64,000 bases of DNA. Origin: an uncultured delta proteobacterium. GTDB taxonomy: Bacteria > Desulfobacterota > Binatia > Binatales > Binataceae. Made by a program: the position numbers and the translations under genes. The stretch covers positions 171,913-235,912 of the forward strand of contig CAWAKE010000009.1 of assembly GCA_963782535.1 (NCBI GenBank). The letters run 5' to 3'. Below are positions 8,412 to 18,453 of the stretch, piece by piece; position 1 is the stretch's first letter, and each line of letters begins with the position of its first letter. The notes below the pieces were generated by a model. The model saw only the letters and a program-made list of their open reading frames with translations, did not search any database and was not told the DNA's origin.

Positions 8412-9717
8412 GTGTGGGGGCAACCGACCGGCTTTTGGGGCAAGTTCACTCGAGCTGGCGACGGCCAGCCGGTAGAATGGCATCCCCTCTACGATCACTG
8501 CGCCGATGTCGCGGCGTGTTGCGAAGCGCTACTGCAGACGACCCTTCTCGGCCGCAGGCTGGCGCGTGTGGCTGGCCTTAGTGGTTTCTCCTTAGGGCAG
8601 GTCGCGCGCTTATCGGTTCTCGCCGCTGTCCATGACATAGGAAAATTCAACCTCGGCTTTCAGAATAAAGCGCTCGTTAAACCACCATTTGTGGCCGGGC
8701 ATGTCGGCACTGTTCTGAGCTTCTTCGGAGATGACGATAAACTCGAACAGCAACGGCTCGTCGAGAGCATGCTGATTGAAGTGTTGCAATCCTGGGGCGT
8801 GGCTGAAGCGACCCTGCGCCTGCTCATCGCTTCGATATGCCATCACGGACGGCCGCTCGAAATAGGCCAAGGCTATGCTCCGCGGGACTGGCGGTCCGCG
8901 CGCGGTTTGGATCCATTCGCCGGAATCGCGGAACTCACCAAGCTCACGCGCCGTTGGTTTCCCGACGCTTTCAGCGAAGGTATCGAACCGTTTCCGGAAA
9001 TCAGCGAATTCCAACATGCCTTTAGCGGGCTTGTAATGCTCGCAGACTGGCTGGGTTCCGATACTCGGTTCTTTTCCTATTCCACCGAAATCGATCACAC
9101 GGCTCGGATTCAATTCGCTCGAAATAAAGCAGCCGAGGTACTGAACGAAGTTGGTCTCGATCCCTCTGCTCCCCGCAATTTCATCGGGCCGGAGTCGCTG
9201 TCGTTTGAGAGAATTTCGAGTTATCCGCCGCGCGATTTTCAGCGCCAGATGCTCGAACTTGCGAACTTCCGGGGCGGCTCGATCGCCCTGCTCGAAGCGG
9301 AAACCGGAGCCGGCAAGACCGAAGCCGCATTGGCCCGCTATGCCACGTTGTTTCAGGCGGGCGAGATCGACGGCTTGTACTTCGCGCTTCCGACCCGAAC
9401 CGCAGCTACTCAGATGTATCGGCGCGTGGTCGAAGCAATCGCCAGGGTTTTCCGGGGCGGAAACCCTCCACCGGTTATCCTTGCTGTTCCCGGTTATGTT
9501 TCGGTCGATGAACATCGCGTCAGACTGCTGCCGAGATTCGAGGTGCTGTGGAACGACAACGACCGAGAGCGGTTTCGTTTTCGCGGATGGGCAGCCGAAA
9601 ATCCCAAGCGATTCCTTGCAGGCCCGATTGTGGTCGGAACTGTCGATCAGACTCTGCTCTCGGCGTTGATGGTCAACCATGCGCATCTGCGCGCAACCGC
9701 CCTGATGCGTCTGGAGT
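8412..9717 (+). pseudogene. cas3: CRISPR-associated helicase/nuclease Cas3 (HD domain plus DExH helicase N-terminal part), 3'-truncated by IS insertion
   Basis: HD nuclease motifs (…HPLYDHCADVAAC…VLAAVHDIGKFNLGFQ…); helicase motif I LLEAETGAGKTEAAL and motif VGTVDQTLLSAL. The reading frame runs into the IS left inverted repeat at 9718. Confidence 0.8.
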
Positions 9718-9768
9718 TGACCCGGTTTCGTAGACGGTGTTGGGGAGAAAGGAAGAAGGAGGTTCCCG

Positions 9769-10083
9769 ATGCCACCAACGCATCCACGGTACCCGCTGGA
9801 ATACCGGCGGCGGATCGTCGAACTGGCGCGCGCTGGACGGAAGATCGAGGAGCTGGCGCGCGAGTTCGAGCCCTCAGCCAATGCGATCCGCAAATGGCTC
9901 AAGCAGGCGGCGCTCGATGAGGGCCTGCGCAGTGACGGCTTGACCACTAGCGAACGGGAGGAACTTAACCACCTGCGGCGGGAGAACCGGGTGCTGCGCG
10001 AGGAGCGGGAGATACTTGCAAAAGCCGCGGCCTGGTTCGCTCAGGAGACCGGCGCGACGCCGTCGCGGCGGTCGCATTCGTAG
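9769..10083 (+). CDS. IS3-family transposase orfA
   Basis: HTH plus leucine zipper (…EELNHLRRENRVLREEREILAKAAAWFA…). Confidence 0.85.
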   Translation: MPPTHPRYPLEYRRRIVELARAGRKIEELAREFEPSANAIRKWLKQAALDEGLRSDGLTTSEREELNHLRRENRVLREEREILAKAAAWFAQETGATPSRRSHS

Positions 10084-10097
10084 GGGCTAACCAGGCC

Positions 10098-11135
10098 ATG
10101 CACGGGATTGCCACGATGTGCCGCGTGCTGGGCGTCTCCCCCGGCGGTTACTACGCGCGGCTAAAGCGTCCGCCCTCGGCGCGGGCCCGGGCGGATGGCG
10201 AGTTGTGCGGGCGGATCGCCGAGATCCATCACCACTCGCGCGCCACCTACGGCGCGCCGCGCATCCATGCCGAACTCAAGGAACAGGGCATTAGGGTGGG
10301 ATGCAAACGGGTGGCGCGGCTGATGCGCGCGGCGGGGCTTCGCGGCGTGAGCCGGCGCAACTGGATAATCACCACGGTGCGCGATCGCCAGGCGCGCCCG
10401 GCCCCCGACCTGGTCGAGCGCAACTTCAGCGCGCCGGCGCCCAATCGGCTGTGGGTCGCCGATATAACCTACATTCCCACCTGGGCGGGCTTTCTCTATC
10501 TGGCCGTGGTGCTCGACGCGTTTAGCCGCAAGATCGTGGGCTGGGCGATGGAGACTTATCTGCGCACCGAGTTGGTGCTCAAGGCGCTGGAGATGGCGCT
10601 GGGGCAGCGGCGTGCGGCCGGGGTGATTCATCACTCCGATCAGGGGAGCCAGTATACGTCGCTGGCCTTCGGCCAGCGCTGCGATGAGGCCGGGGTTAAA
10701 CCGTCGATGGGCTCGGTGGGCGACTGTTGCGACAACGCGATGTGCGAGAGTTTCTTTGCCACGCTCGAATGCGAACTGCTCAACCGGCGCAGTTTCAAGA
10801 CCCAGGTCGAGGCGCGCATGGCCGTGTTCGATTTCATCGAAGGCTGGTACAATCCGCATCGCCGCCATTCGGCGCTCGACTATCGCTCGCCGGTGGAGTA
10901 CGAACGCCTTCATCGCGAACTGGGCATGCAGACCATGAGGAGCTCGGCCGCCGCGGGCGGTGCTTGGCCAGCAGACCAATTGCTGGCCGGCGCGCCGCAG
11001 ACCGCGTCGTCCTCGAATCAGCAACCCATAACGCTTTCCGGCCCGGCCTCAAATCAGGTGGAGGCCGGGACCGAAAAGCTGCTATCAGGCCAATCTCGGG
11101 AGGACGCTTTCGGCGAGGTTAAACCAGGACGCTAA
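10098..11135 (+). CDS. IS3-family transposase orfB (DDE integrase core)
   Basis: …HHSDQGSQYTS…YNPHRRHSALDYRSPVEYE…. Confidence 0.85.
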   Translation: MHGIATMCRVLGVSPGGYYARLKRPPSARARADGELCGRIAEIHHHSRATYGAPRIHAELKEQGIRVGCKRVARLMRAAGLRGVSRRNWIITTVRDRQARPAPDLVERNFSAPAPNRLWVADITYIPTWAGFLYLAVVLDAFSRKIVGWAMETYLRTELVLKALEMALGQRRAAGVIHHSDQGSQYTSLAFGQRCDEAGVKPSMGSVGDCCDNAMCESFFATLECELLNRRSFKTQVEARMAVFDFIEGWYNPHRRHSALDYRSPVEYERLHRELGMQTMRSSAAAGGAWPADQLLAGAPQTASSSNQQPITLSGPASNQVEAGTEKLLSGQSREDAFGEVKPGR

Positions 11136-11168
11136 ACCAAGCCCGATACCGTCTACCGAATCGGGGTA

Positions 11169-11509
11169 GGTCCACTCCAATGGGTGGCGTTGGGCGGTCG
11201 GCTGCGGAGCACCTTGCGCATCAGCGTCGCCACCTGCTCATCGCCATAGCTGCGCGGCCGTCCGGGACGCAGTTCGCCGTGCAGCCCAGCCACCCCGCGT
11301 TCGCGCCAACAGCGCCGCCAGTGGCTGATGGTCGGAACGCTGACCTCGCAGCGCGCCGCAATCGCCTGATTGGGTACACCTTCAGCTGACATCAAAACGA
11401 TTCGCGCGCGCCGTACCAACGAATGCGGCAAACTCCGCGAGCGAGCAATCGAACCCAACTGCTCACTCTCCGACGCACTCACCTCCACTACCGTGTTAGG
11501 TCTGCCCAT
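11169..11509 (-). pseudogene. IS630-family transposase N-terminal (HTH) fragment, truncated by the IS3-family element
   Basis: …RARIVLMSAEGVPNQAIAARCEVSVPTISHWRRCWRERGVAGL…RPGRP…, a Tc1/IS630-type N-terminus. The C-terminus is replaced by IS3-family end sequence. Confidence 0.7.
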
Positions 11510-11645
11510 CGGGCAGCATCATACCGCTTTAGAGTAATAAATTAAATAGGTTATTTATGGGACACAACACTAGCAGGGTGTTGAGAAATTCCTTTTCGAG
11601 CGGATCGATGATTGGTTAAGCGTCTGTATAGTTTGAACGAAGGCG

Positions 11646-12758
11646 GTGGAGTTGAGGAGGCGGAGGAAGATGCGGGGATACGATCGGCCACAAGCCACGA
11701 TGTTGACGTTGGTGAGTCCGGAGCAGCGGGTACCGGCCAAGCATCCGATCCGGCTGATCAAAGCGCTGGCCGAGGTGGCGCTCAAAGAACTCTCGCCGCT
11801 GTTCGAGCAGATGTACAGTCAAGTGGGCCGGCCCTCGATTCCGCCGGAGCGGCTGTTGAAAGCCTCGCTCTTGATGGCGCTTTACACGGTGCGCAGTGAG
11901 CGGATATTCTGCGAGCAGTTGGATTACAATCTTTTGTACCGCTGGTTCCTCGACCTGAACTGGGACGAGCCCAGCTTCGATCACTCGAGCTTTAGCCGCA
12001 ATCGGGGCCGTTTGCTGGAGCACGACGTGGCGGGCGAGTTTTTCCGCACCGTGGTGGCGCAGGCGCGCGAACTGAAGCTGACCAGCGACGAGCACTTTAC
12101 GGTGGACGGCACGCTGATCGAGGCGTGGGCGTCGCTCAAGAGCTTGCGCCCCAAGGATGAGGAACGCAGCGATCGCACGCCGCCGGATGACCCGGGCAAT
12201 CCGAGCGTGGACTTCCACGGCGAGCGGCGCCAAAACGCGACCCACCAGTCGACGACTGATCCCGAAGCGCGGCTGGCGAAGAAGGGCGCCGGCAAAGAGG
12301 CCAGGCTCTGCTACACGGAAAGTGTACTGATGGAGAATCGCAACGGATTAATGATCGATCTGCGCGTGGGTCAAGCCAGCGGCCGGGCCGAATGCGAACA
12401 AGGGTTGGAGATGCTCCAAGCGATTCGCGGGCCGCGCCGAATCACGGTGGCCGGCGACAAGGGCTACGACACGGCGGCGTTCGTGGCGAGCTGCCGCGCG
12501 CTCAATGTCACTCCCCACGTGGCCCAGAATGAACGGCGGCGGGGTGGCTCGGCACTCGACCTCCGCACCACCAATTGGCCGGGCTACTCAGTCAGCCAGC
12601 GCGTGCGCAAGCGGGTCGAGGAGATCTTCGGCTGGATCAAGACCGTCGGCAACTTCCGCCGCACGCGCTATCGGGGCGTCGAGCGGACCAGTTTCGCCGC
12701 CTACATGGTCGGTGCCGCCTACAACCTGCTGAGGATCGCTAAGCTCTGTCCCAACTAA
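11646..12758 (+). CDS. IS5-family DDE transposase; the element is approximately 11570-12860
   Basis: …FTVDGTLIEAWAS…DKGYDT…, IS5-family catalytic motifs. Confidence 0.8.
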   Translation: MELRRRRKMRGYDRPQATMLTLVSPEQRVPAKHPIRLIKALAEVALKELSPLFEQMYSQVGRPSIPPERLLKASLLMALYTVRSERIFCEQLDYNLLYRWFLDLNWDEPSFDHSSFSRNRGRLLEHDVAGEFFRTVVAQARELKLTSDEHFTVDGTLIEAWASLKSLRPKDEERSDRTPPDDPGNPSVDFHGERRQNATHQSTTDPEARLAKKGAGKEARLCYTESVLMENRNGLMIDLRVGQASGRAECEQGLEMLQAIRGPRRITVAGDKGYDTAAFVASCRALNVTPHVAQNERRRGGSALDLRTTNWPGYSVSQRVRKRVEEIFGWIKTVGNFRRTRYRGVERTSFAAYMVGAAYNLLRIAKLCPN

Positions 12759-12897
12759 TGAATCGAGTCGCCAGCGAGCCACATCCCCCACGACCACCCC
12801 GGTAACTACCGACTCACAACCTCAATACTAACTTCGTTACGTCATCCGACCAAGCCAACTTCGTGATTCAACCCTTTCATCAACATCCTGCTAGGTT

Positions 12898-14829
12898 TCA
12901 AGGGTGGTTGCCGCTCGTCTTCCGGTCCTTGTCACTCGCGCTCCGCGCCGCGCGAGTGTCTTCTGGCGCGGAGTCTTCCAGGTTCGATTTGTTGGGGGCG
13001 TCCGTGGAACCCGGCGGTGGATGGACCAGTGACCCACCCCTTCGCTGCATATGCTCCGGAGAAAAATTGGGGAACGGAAGACGGTCATCATCGCGCCACT
13101 GGCGCACCTGAGCTTCTGCGGCCTGTCCCTTTTCGCCGTCCAGACCCTGATCCCTGGTGAAATACAGCGTCTGAGAAGGAAACGCGAACCCCGTGCCGCT
13201 CTGCTCGACGATGTCCATGACCCGCAGGAGCACATCTTCCTGGATACGGAGGAACTCGCCCCAGTCCGGCGTCATTCCATATGCGAAAACCTCGAGGTTA
13301 AGGGAACTGGATCCGAAGCCGATGAACGTCACGCGAGCAGGGTCTGGGTCGATGCGGGGGTGGTCGAGCAGCATTTCCCGTATCTTGGCCAGCAGGAAGC
13401 GCACTTGGTCCGGGCTCGTCTCGTATCGAACGCCGATGACCGTATGCATCAGCATCCGGTCTCGTTGGGTGAAGTTCACAATGGGCATCTTGGAAAGCGC
13501 CCCGTTGGGAATCGTCGTCAGGGTGCGGTCAATGCCTCTTATGCGCGTCGAGCGAATACCCATGGCTTCCACCGTTCCGATATCGCCACCGTACTTGCAA
13601 AAATCGCCGGCTCGAATCGGCGTGTCGGCGAAAAGGCTCAGGCTGCCAATCAGATTCTCGACCGTCGGCTGCGCGGCCAAGGCGACGGCCAAACCACCCA
13701 CGCCCAGACCCGCGGCGATCCCATATACCGGCACCCCAAGTCGGTTGGCCCCAATGGACAGCAGGCTCGCCACGGCGGCGATCCCAAGCAATCGCATGCT
13801 GACGCGGATGAGGTAGGCGTCAATGCTCTCGGGCGCGATCCTTGGCGAGGCAATGATCGCCTCGGCGATCACCGGCGTGGCGCGCCAGGATAGCCACGCG
13901 CCGGAAAGGAACATGCCGGCTGTCGCGGCAAGTGCAATGGCATCGGCGGCACCCCCGATCATGTTGATCGGAACGAGCGCGAGAAACTCGAGCGTCAGGA
14001 TCACCGCGAGAGCGAACATCGGCAACGACAACCGCACCAACGCCCGCACGAAGGGAGGCTCAGTGCCGCTCCGCAGCGACAAACAGTAGATCAACCGCAA
14101 GAACATCGAAAAAAGGCCGAGCAACAGCGTCAGTGCGATCCACTTCCAAACTGAATTACCGCCCAACGGGGCCTGAAGCCACGTCGGCATCGCGTGGATC
14201 CAAGAGAAACGGATGGGCCAGCCACCACCCGCGGTCAAAACTCCGTAAAAGCCTTTCAGTGGGACCGGACGGGAATAGGGCAACCCGCGCACCCGTTTGT
14301 AGAATGCGCCCGCCCTCGCAACGGTATCGGCGCTGAAGAGAAACTCACCGCCCGATGATCCACCCTGCACGCGAACGAGGGTGATCTCTGTGTGAGGGAT
14401 GGTCCAACGCACAAAATGCGTGTCGGCCGCTTGATCGGCGCCGGGGATCTCTTCCCAAGCGGGGAGATCGATCCTGCTCAACGTCTCGTAGAGGGCAGCC
14501 GCGGCAGCACCTCCGGTCTTGCCGCGCGCGGCCGGCGGCACCTTGCTCAAGTCCAAACATCCCAAAGGTGGCTGGACCAGGCGGCGCACGCGAAGGAACT
14601 TTTCAAGCGTGGGAGATGGCAGGTACTCCTGTGCCAGGAACCCGGCAAGGGCGTCGCTGGAATCGAAAAACGTCTTCAACGTGGCACGCGGACTCGAACG
14701 GTCGGGCGGCTGGAGCGGGTGAGTTCGCTCTTGCCCCGATGCAGTCGAGGTTATGAGCAACCACACGAACACCACGGGCAGCCAACGCGTTACGCCACGA
14801 ATCACTGGGTTCGGTTGATAGACGCGCAT
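12898..14829 (-). CDS. Mechanosensitive ion channel (MscS family) with an N-terminal periplasmic extension
   Basis: Signal peptide, multiple TM helices and a conserved MscS core …PIRAGDFCKYGGDIGTVEAMGIRSTRIRGIDRTLTTIPN…. Confidence 0.75.
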   Translation of the reverse strand: MRVYQPNPVIRGVTRWLPVVFVWLLITSTASGQERTHPLQPPDRSSPRATLKTFFDSSDALAGFLAQEYLPSPTLEKFLRVRRLVQPPLGCLDLSKVPPAARGKTGGAAAAALYETLSRIDLPAWEEIPGADQAADTHFVRWTIPHTEITLVRVQGGSSGGEFLFSADTVARAGAFYKRVRGLPYSRPVPLKGFYGVLTAGGGWPIRFSWIHAMPTWLQAPLGGNSVWKWIALTLLLGLFSMFLRLIYCLSLRSGTEPPFVRALVRLSLPMFALAVILTLEFLALVPINMIGGAADAIALAATAGMFLSGAWLSWRATPVIAEAIIASPRIAPESIDAYLIRVSMRLLGIAAVASLLSIGANRLGVPVYGIAAGLGVGGLAVALAAQPTVENLIGSLSLFADTPIRAGDFCKYGGDIGTVEAMGIRSTRIRGIDRTLTTIPNGALSKMPIVNFTQRDRMLMHTVIGVRYETSPDQVRFLLAKIREMLLDHPRIDPDPARVTFIGFGSSSLNLEVFAYGMTPDWGEFLRIQEDVLLRVMDIVEQSGTGFAFPSQTLYFTRDQGLDGEKGQAAEAQVRQWRDDDRLPFPNFSPEHMQRRGGSLVHPPPGSTDAPNKSNLEDSAPEDTRAARSASDKDRKTSGNHP

Positions 14830-15097
14830 GGTCGCCTTAGTTCCCCCTACGCGAGGGCAACCGTAAAGACAACCCTCACAGCCCCTTGTAGCTCATGTTC
14901 TGCGTGTCGTTCTACTGTCGCTGTTCGGCAGTTGGCGACTTCCGCCTTCCGAACATGTTGAGTGTCGGAAACGAGCGAAAGCGAGCGAAGCTTTTCATAA
15001 CAGTTTGCTCTTCTTCATTCGCTTTGAGTGCTGTTTAAGCCAGCCGACGGCGCATCCAGCGCTGGTGCGGCCGATTCGGTTGCCCAGGTTACAGCCC

Positions 15098-16180
15098 TCA
15101 TCCACTTGCCGGCACGGTCACGATCGGCGTGCTCCCCTTCGTCCCGATGTCGGAAATCGAGAACAAGAGCATTACCGTGGTAAAAACGCGTTTTGATTGG
15201 AAGTCCGTGTCAGCGATCCAAAACCATCGGCCGTTGAATTGAACGGCGATTGACGCACCTTGCGGCGCCTTGTTTCCACTTTGAATGTTCACAGCCGCTG
15301 CGGCTCCCGTTCCACCGGCCTGGCCCTGGACCGCACCAGGAGCGGCCTTACCCTCAGCTACGTCCGATTCTGGTACGTGTACACCGACCGCGAGCTCTTC
15401 CATGACTTGCAGCATCGAGCGCGTCATCATGGATATTTGGTCGTCTCTTCCTGAGTATCCGCCGTAGTACACCTGGAATCTGTTCAAACCGGGCCTGAGG
15501 CCGAGAAGGCTTCTTAGCGCCCGCCTTTTGGCATCGACTTGCGGATCTTTGGCGGCTGCAAACGTTATCAAGGAGGTTTCGGTGCCTTCCTTGCCACTTT
15601 CGACCTTGACCTGAACTGCACGGGCGCGCTGCAGGTCGCGGATTAGCTGGACCATCCGAGCGAACCTCGGGTCGGGTGCGCCCGTCTTGCTGCCGAGCCA
15701 CGCCTGATTGTTGATGCCATTAATCGAATTCAGCGTTATTGGCATCAAAACCCCGGCATCGTAACCAGCCTGGAGGACAAATAGGACCGCGCTTGGCGTG
15801 ATTGGTTTCAGCAGCTTCTGGAGGAAATCCACGCCGGTCAGCGGCGTGTAAACGATCGTGGGACGGTCCGTGTACTGACCCTGCGCTCCCGCGGTGCCTC
15901 CAAGGCCGAGAACGTCGGCGTTGGAGGTGGAGTTGGCCGCCATAAAGCCGGCTGAGACGCCGGCTTGGAATTGGTACCCGGTTATGACCTGCGTCACCGA
16001 AAGAAAAATGGGAGCATGTCCGTAACGCATCTTTACAATATTGAGCAGGGTCTGCTGCTCCCACGATTTACCTATGGCGTTGACGTAGTCGACCCGGTCG
16101 CGCGGGACTGCGCCCGGACCGATGCTGCTGCACGCAGCAATCCAGAACGAAAGGGACACCCAAACGGCCATCTTCCACAT
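15098..16180 (-). CDS. Hypothetical lipoprotein
   Basis: Lipobox signal MWKMAVWVSLSFWIAACSS; no recognisable catalytic motifs. Confidence 0.4.
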   Translation of the reverse strand: MWKMAVWVSLSFWIAACSSIGPGAVPRDRVDYVNAIGKSWEQQTLLNIVKMRYGHAPIFLSVTQVITGYQFQAGVSAGFMAANSTSNADVLGLGGTAGAQGQYTDRPTIVYTPLTGVDFLQKLLKPITPSAVLFVLQAGYDAGVLMPITLNSINGINNQAWLGSKTGAPDPRFARMVQLIRDLQRARAVQVKVESGKEGTETSLITFAAAKDPQVDAKRRALRSLLGLRPGLNRFQVYYGGYSGRDDQISMMTRSMLQVMEELAVGVHVPESDVAEGKAAPGAVQGQAGGTGAAAAVNIQSGNKAPQGASIAVQFNGRWFWIADTDFQSKRVFTTVMLLFSISDIGTKGSTPIVTVPASG

Positions 16181-16429
16181 ATTTCCGCGCCCGGCGTTAC
16201 TAGAGCGGTGATCAAGAGTTCCCGGCATGGTCCTCGGCGCCTCCGTTTCGCCGGAACTCTAGCGCGCTTCCCCACAGCACTTGAATTGCGTTACGCGCCA
16301 ACGGCTTGTCATTTGAGGCCAGACGGGATTGATCGTCTTTTAGAGTCGACCCTCTCGGTAATACGCGTGCTGGCGTGTCTCGCTTTTGGCTGCTGCGGGG
16401 TTGCACTTATTAAGTCCTGCATAAGATAG

Positions 16430-16942
16430 TTACAAGGGGAACAAATCTGCCTGCTCCCAAAAGGCCATTACGAGAGTGGGCCGGCGGCGCATACGCGCCA
16501 GTGCGCGGCGGGCGTGATGGCTGAGCTGGGCGAAGTCGCGTGGGCAGAAGTTGGGCAACTCGTGATGCTTCCAGTAGCCCCAGATGTATTCCACCGGATT
16601 GAGTTCCGGAGCGTAGCCCGGCAAGCGCTCGATGACGAGCCGGCCCTGCTGTGCACGGATGAAATCTGTGACCAGCCGGGCCCGGTGCTGCGGCAGCCCG
16701 TCCCAGATCACCAGAAGCTTGCCCGGTAAGTGGCGTAGCAGATGACCGAGGAAATCGACCACCTGCGGGGCGCGGATGGTGCCGGGGTAAAGCCGGAAGT
16801 AGAAATTCCACCACGTGATGCCGGCGGCGGCCGAGAGCGACTTCCAGTTGAAGTGGTGCTGAAGCACCGGAGTCTGCCCGCGCGGCGCCCAGGTCCGTAC
16901 CCGATGTGGTCGTTCGCTCAATCCGCTCTCGTCGATGAACAC
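16430..16942 (-). CDS. IS630-family transposase orfB (DDE domain)
   Basis: MFIDESGLSERPH…VIWDGLPQHRA…LPGYAPELNPVEYIWGYWK…. Confidence 0.8.
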   Translation of the reverse strand: MFIDESGLSERPHRVRTWAPRGQTPVLQHHFNWKSLSAAAGITWWNFYFRLYPGTIRAPQVVDFLGHLLRHLPGKLLVIWDGLPQHRARLVTDFIRAQQGRLVIERLPGYAPELNPVEYIWGYWKHHELPNFCPRDFAQLSHHARRALARMRRRPTLVMAFWEQADLFPL

Positions 16943-17445
16943 GATGGTGCGCCGCTCGCAGAGTGCTTTTTTCTAATTCGCGGCCACGCCGCCTTCTTCC
17001 AGTGCCGGATCGCATCCTCATCACGTTCCAACGCTCGCCCGACAGGACGCTGGCAAGTCCAGCCAAGCTTGCGCAGGATGCGCCAGACGTGGTCCTCGTG
17101 GTAGTGCACCCCGGTAAGGTCCTCGATGAGGCCGCGTACCCGACCGGCGGTCCACAATCCGCTGACATAGCCGCACGCCTCGGGCCCGCGCTGGAGCGCA
17201 CGCTCAAGCGCACGCAACTGCGAAGGGCTGAGCTTTGCCGGACGGCCGGTGCGTGCGGCCTTGCGCAAGCCCCGCAGCCCCGATTCGCCCAGCTCCCGAG
17301 CCCAGCGGCAGACCGACTGCCGATGTACGCCCACCGCGCGCGCCACCTCAGACTGACCGAGCCCCTGGCGCAGCAATCGCGCCGCCTTCAGCCGTCGCCG
17401 TTTCAGGGCTTCGAAGTCCCGCCGCACTCCTGCCGGATTACCCAT
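16918..17445 (-). CDS. IS630-family transposase orfA (HTH)
   Basis: …LGQSEVARAVGVHRQSVCRWARE…. Confidence 0.8.
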   Translation of the reverse strand: MGNPAGVRRDFEALKRRRLKAARLLRQGLGQSEVARAVGVHRQSVCRWARELGESGLRGLRKAARTGRPAKLSPSQLRALERALQRGPEACGYVSGLWTAGRVRGLIEDLTGVHYHEDHVWRILRKLGWTCQRPVGRALERDEDAIRHWKKAAWPRIRKKHSASGAPSCSSTRAD

Positions 17446-18128
17446 GCCGCTATTTTAGCAGAGATCCGCTGCTTCTGTCACTATTTTATGCAGGAATCAA
17501 TAACTTAATCGGGGATTTCTTTTTTGACTTTCTAAGCGCGCAATTTGTAGCCTCTTACCGAACCCGGCGTCAAGTCGCGGCCCGGCTGACGATCGTCGCT
17601 GGCTTCGGAATTCCTATTGAACTTGGAGAACCACCGCAAATCGCGCGACACCGGATGCAGTATGGACGGGGGGCTCAGTCTGCGGCAGGTTCAAAAACCC
17701 GAGTTGCTGGCAGGCCCCTACAGCATGGTGGTCGGCGCGCGCAAGCTCGACATCTCATCTGGTACGCTCCGCACTCATATCCGCGATATGAAAGATCGGC
17801 TTGAACTGGGCGCAATCGACAGTCTGCGCCAGTTCGCACGGCAAGAGATCGGGCGCGCGGATTAAATTGACCACGGCTTTGCGGATACTCTCGCGGTTTA
17901 TGCTGTGGGGGGGATTCCGGTAAGTCTACCTTGCCTGCCCAACTATCCCGCGACATTGCAATTTGGGACGGTCCAGAAATCGGCGAACAGAGGTTCTGCC
18001 GATTTGCAGGCGGCGTGAAATAGGGCGTGTGAGCGCCGGAGAAAGAGTCCCGCAGGAGATGAGCCTTCTGCCGAGATCGGCATTTCGGTCACCCGACGGA
18101 TTCGCGTGGATAATCATTTGTGCGACCA

Positions 18129-18180
18129 GTACGAATGATGCCGGGGGCGGGACTCGAACCCGCACGGAGCTTGCGCTCCA
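18129..18180 (-). other. tRNA-like 3' fragment (variable arm plus T-arm plus acceptor 3' strand), a possible former attachment site
   Basis: The reverse complement reads …GGAGCGCAAGCTCCGTGCGGGTTCGAGTCCCGCCCCCGGCA; no 5' half is present. Confidence 0.3.
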
Positions 18181-18453
18181 GAGGATTTTAACCCGAATTC
18201 ACCAAGGCCAAAGACGGAGGAAAGTGCAAATGCTGCGCACAGACATTGCCGAGGATGCACTGGCAAAATTAAAGGCGACCCTGCTCGAAGTACTGGAGGT
18301 TTCTATATTATCCTGTATACATCCCGAGCATTGGCCTGCCGACGACGGACGGGACGCTGTTGTTCCTTTTCCGGCTCAGATTGCAAATCTCACACACTTG
18401 GCAAGCGAACAAAGGCGGGGCGGAACCATAAGCTCCGCCCCGCTCATTCCTTG

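Larger units (their letters stand above)
9718..11168 (+). mobile_element. IS3-family insertion sequence (IS407-like group), ~1.45 kb, no target duplication
   Basis: Imperfect terminal inverted repeats of ~22-25 bp, TGACCCGGTTTCGTAGACGGTG at the left and TACCCCGATTCGGTAGACGGTA (reverse complement) at the right. Contains orfA plus orfB. Confidence 0.75.
16410..17510 (-). mobile_element. IS630-family insertion sequence, complete, with two-ORF frameshifted transposase organisation
   Basis: Terminal inverted repeats TTAAGTCCTGCATAAGATAGT and …CCTGCATAAAATAGT, with TA-containing flanks. Confidence 0.75.

Noticed and set aside
12863-13235. Small ORFs at the 3' end/antisense of mscS, and long antisense ORFs throughout the high-GC genes (for example 13051-13893, 8610-9947, 10161-11024, 61492-62451)
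   Set aside because: Typical GC-rich shadow frames opposite well-supported genes (MscS, Cas3, IS orfB, the TPR protein)
17617-17865. 82-aa ORF with a LuxR-like HTH resemblance
   Set aside because: Similarity to LuxR C-terminal HTH is weak and there is no receiver or ligand domain. Possibly a gene fragment, but it cannot be supported.
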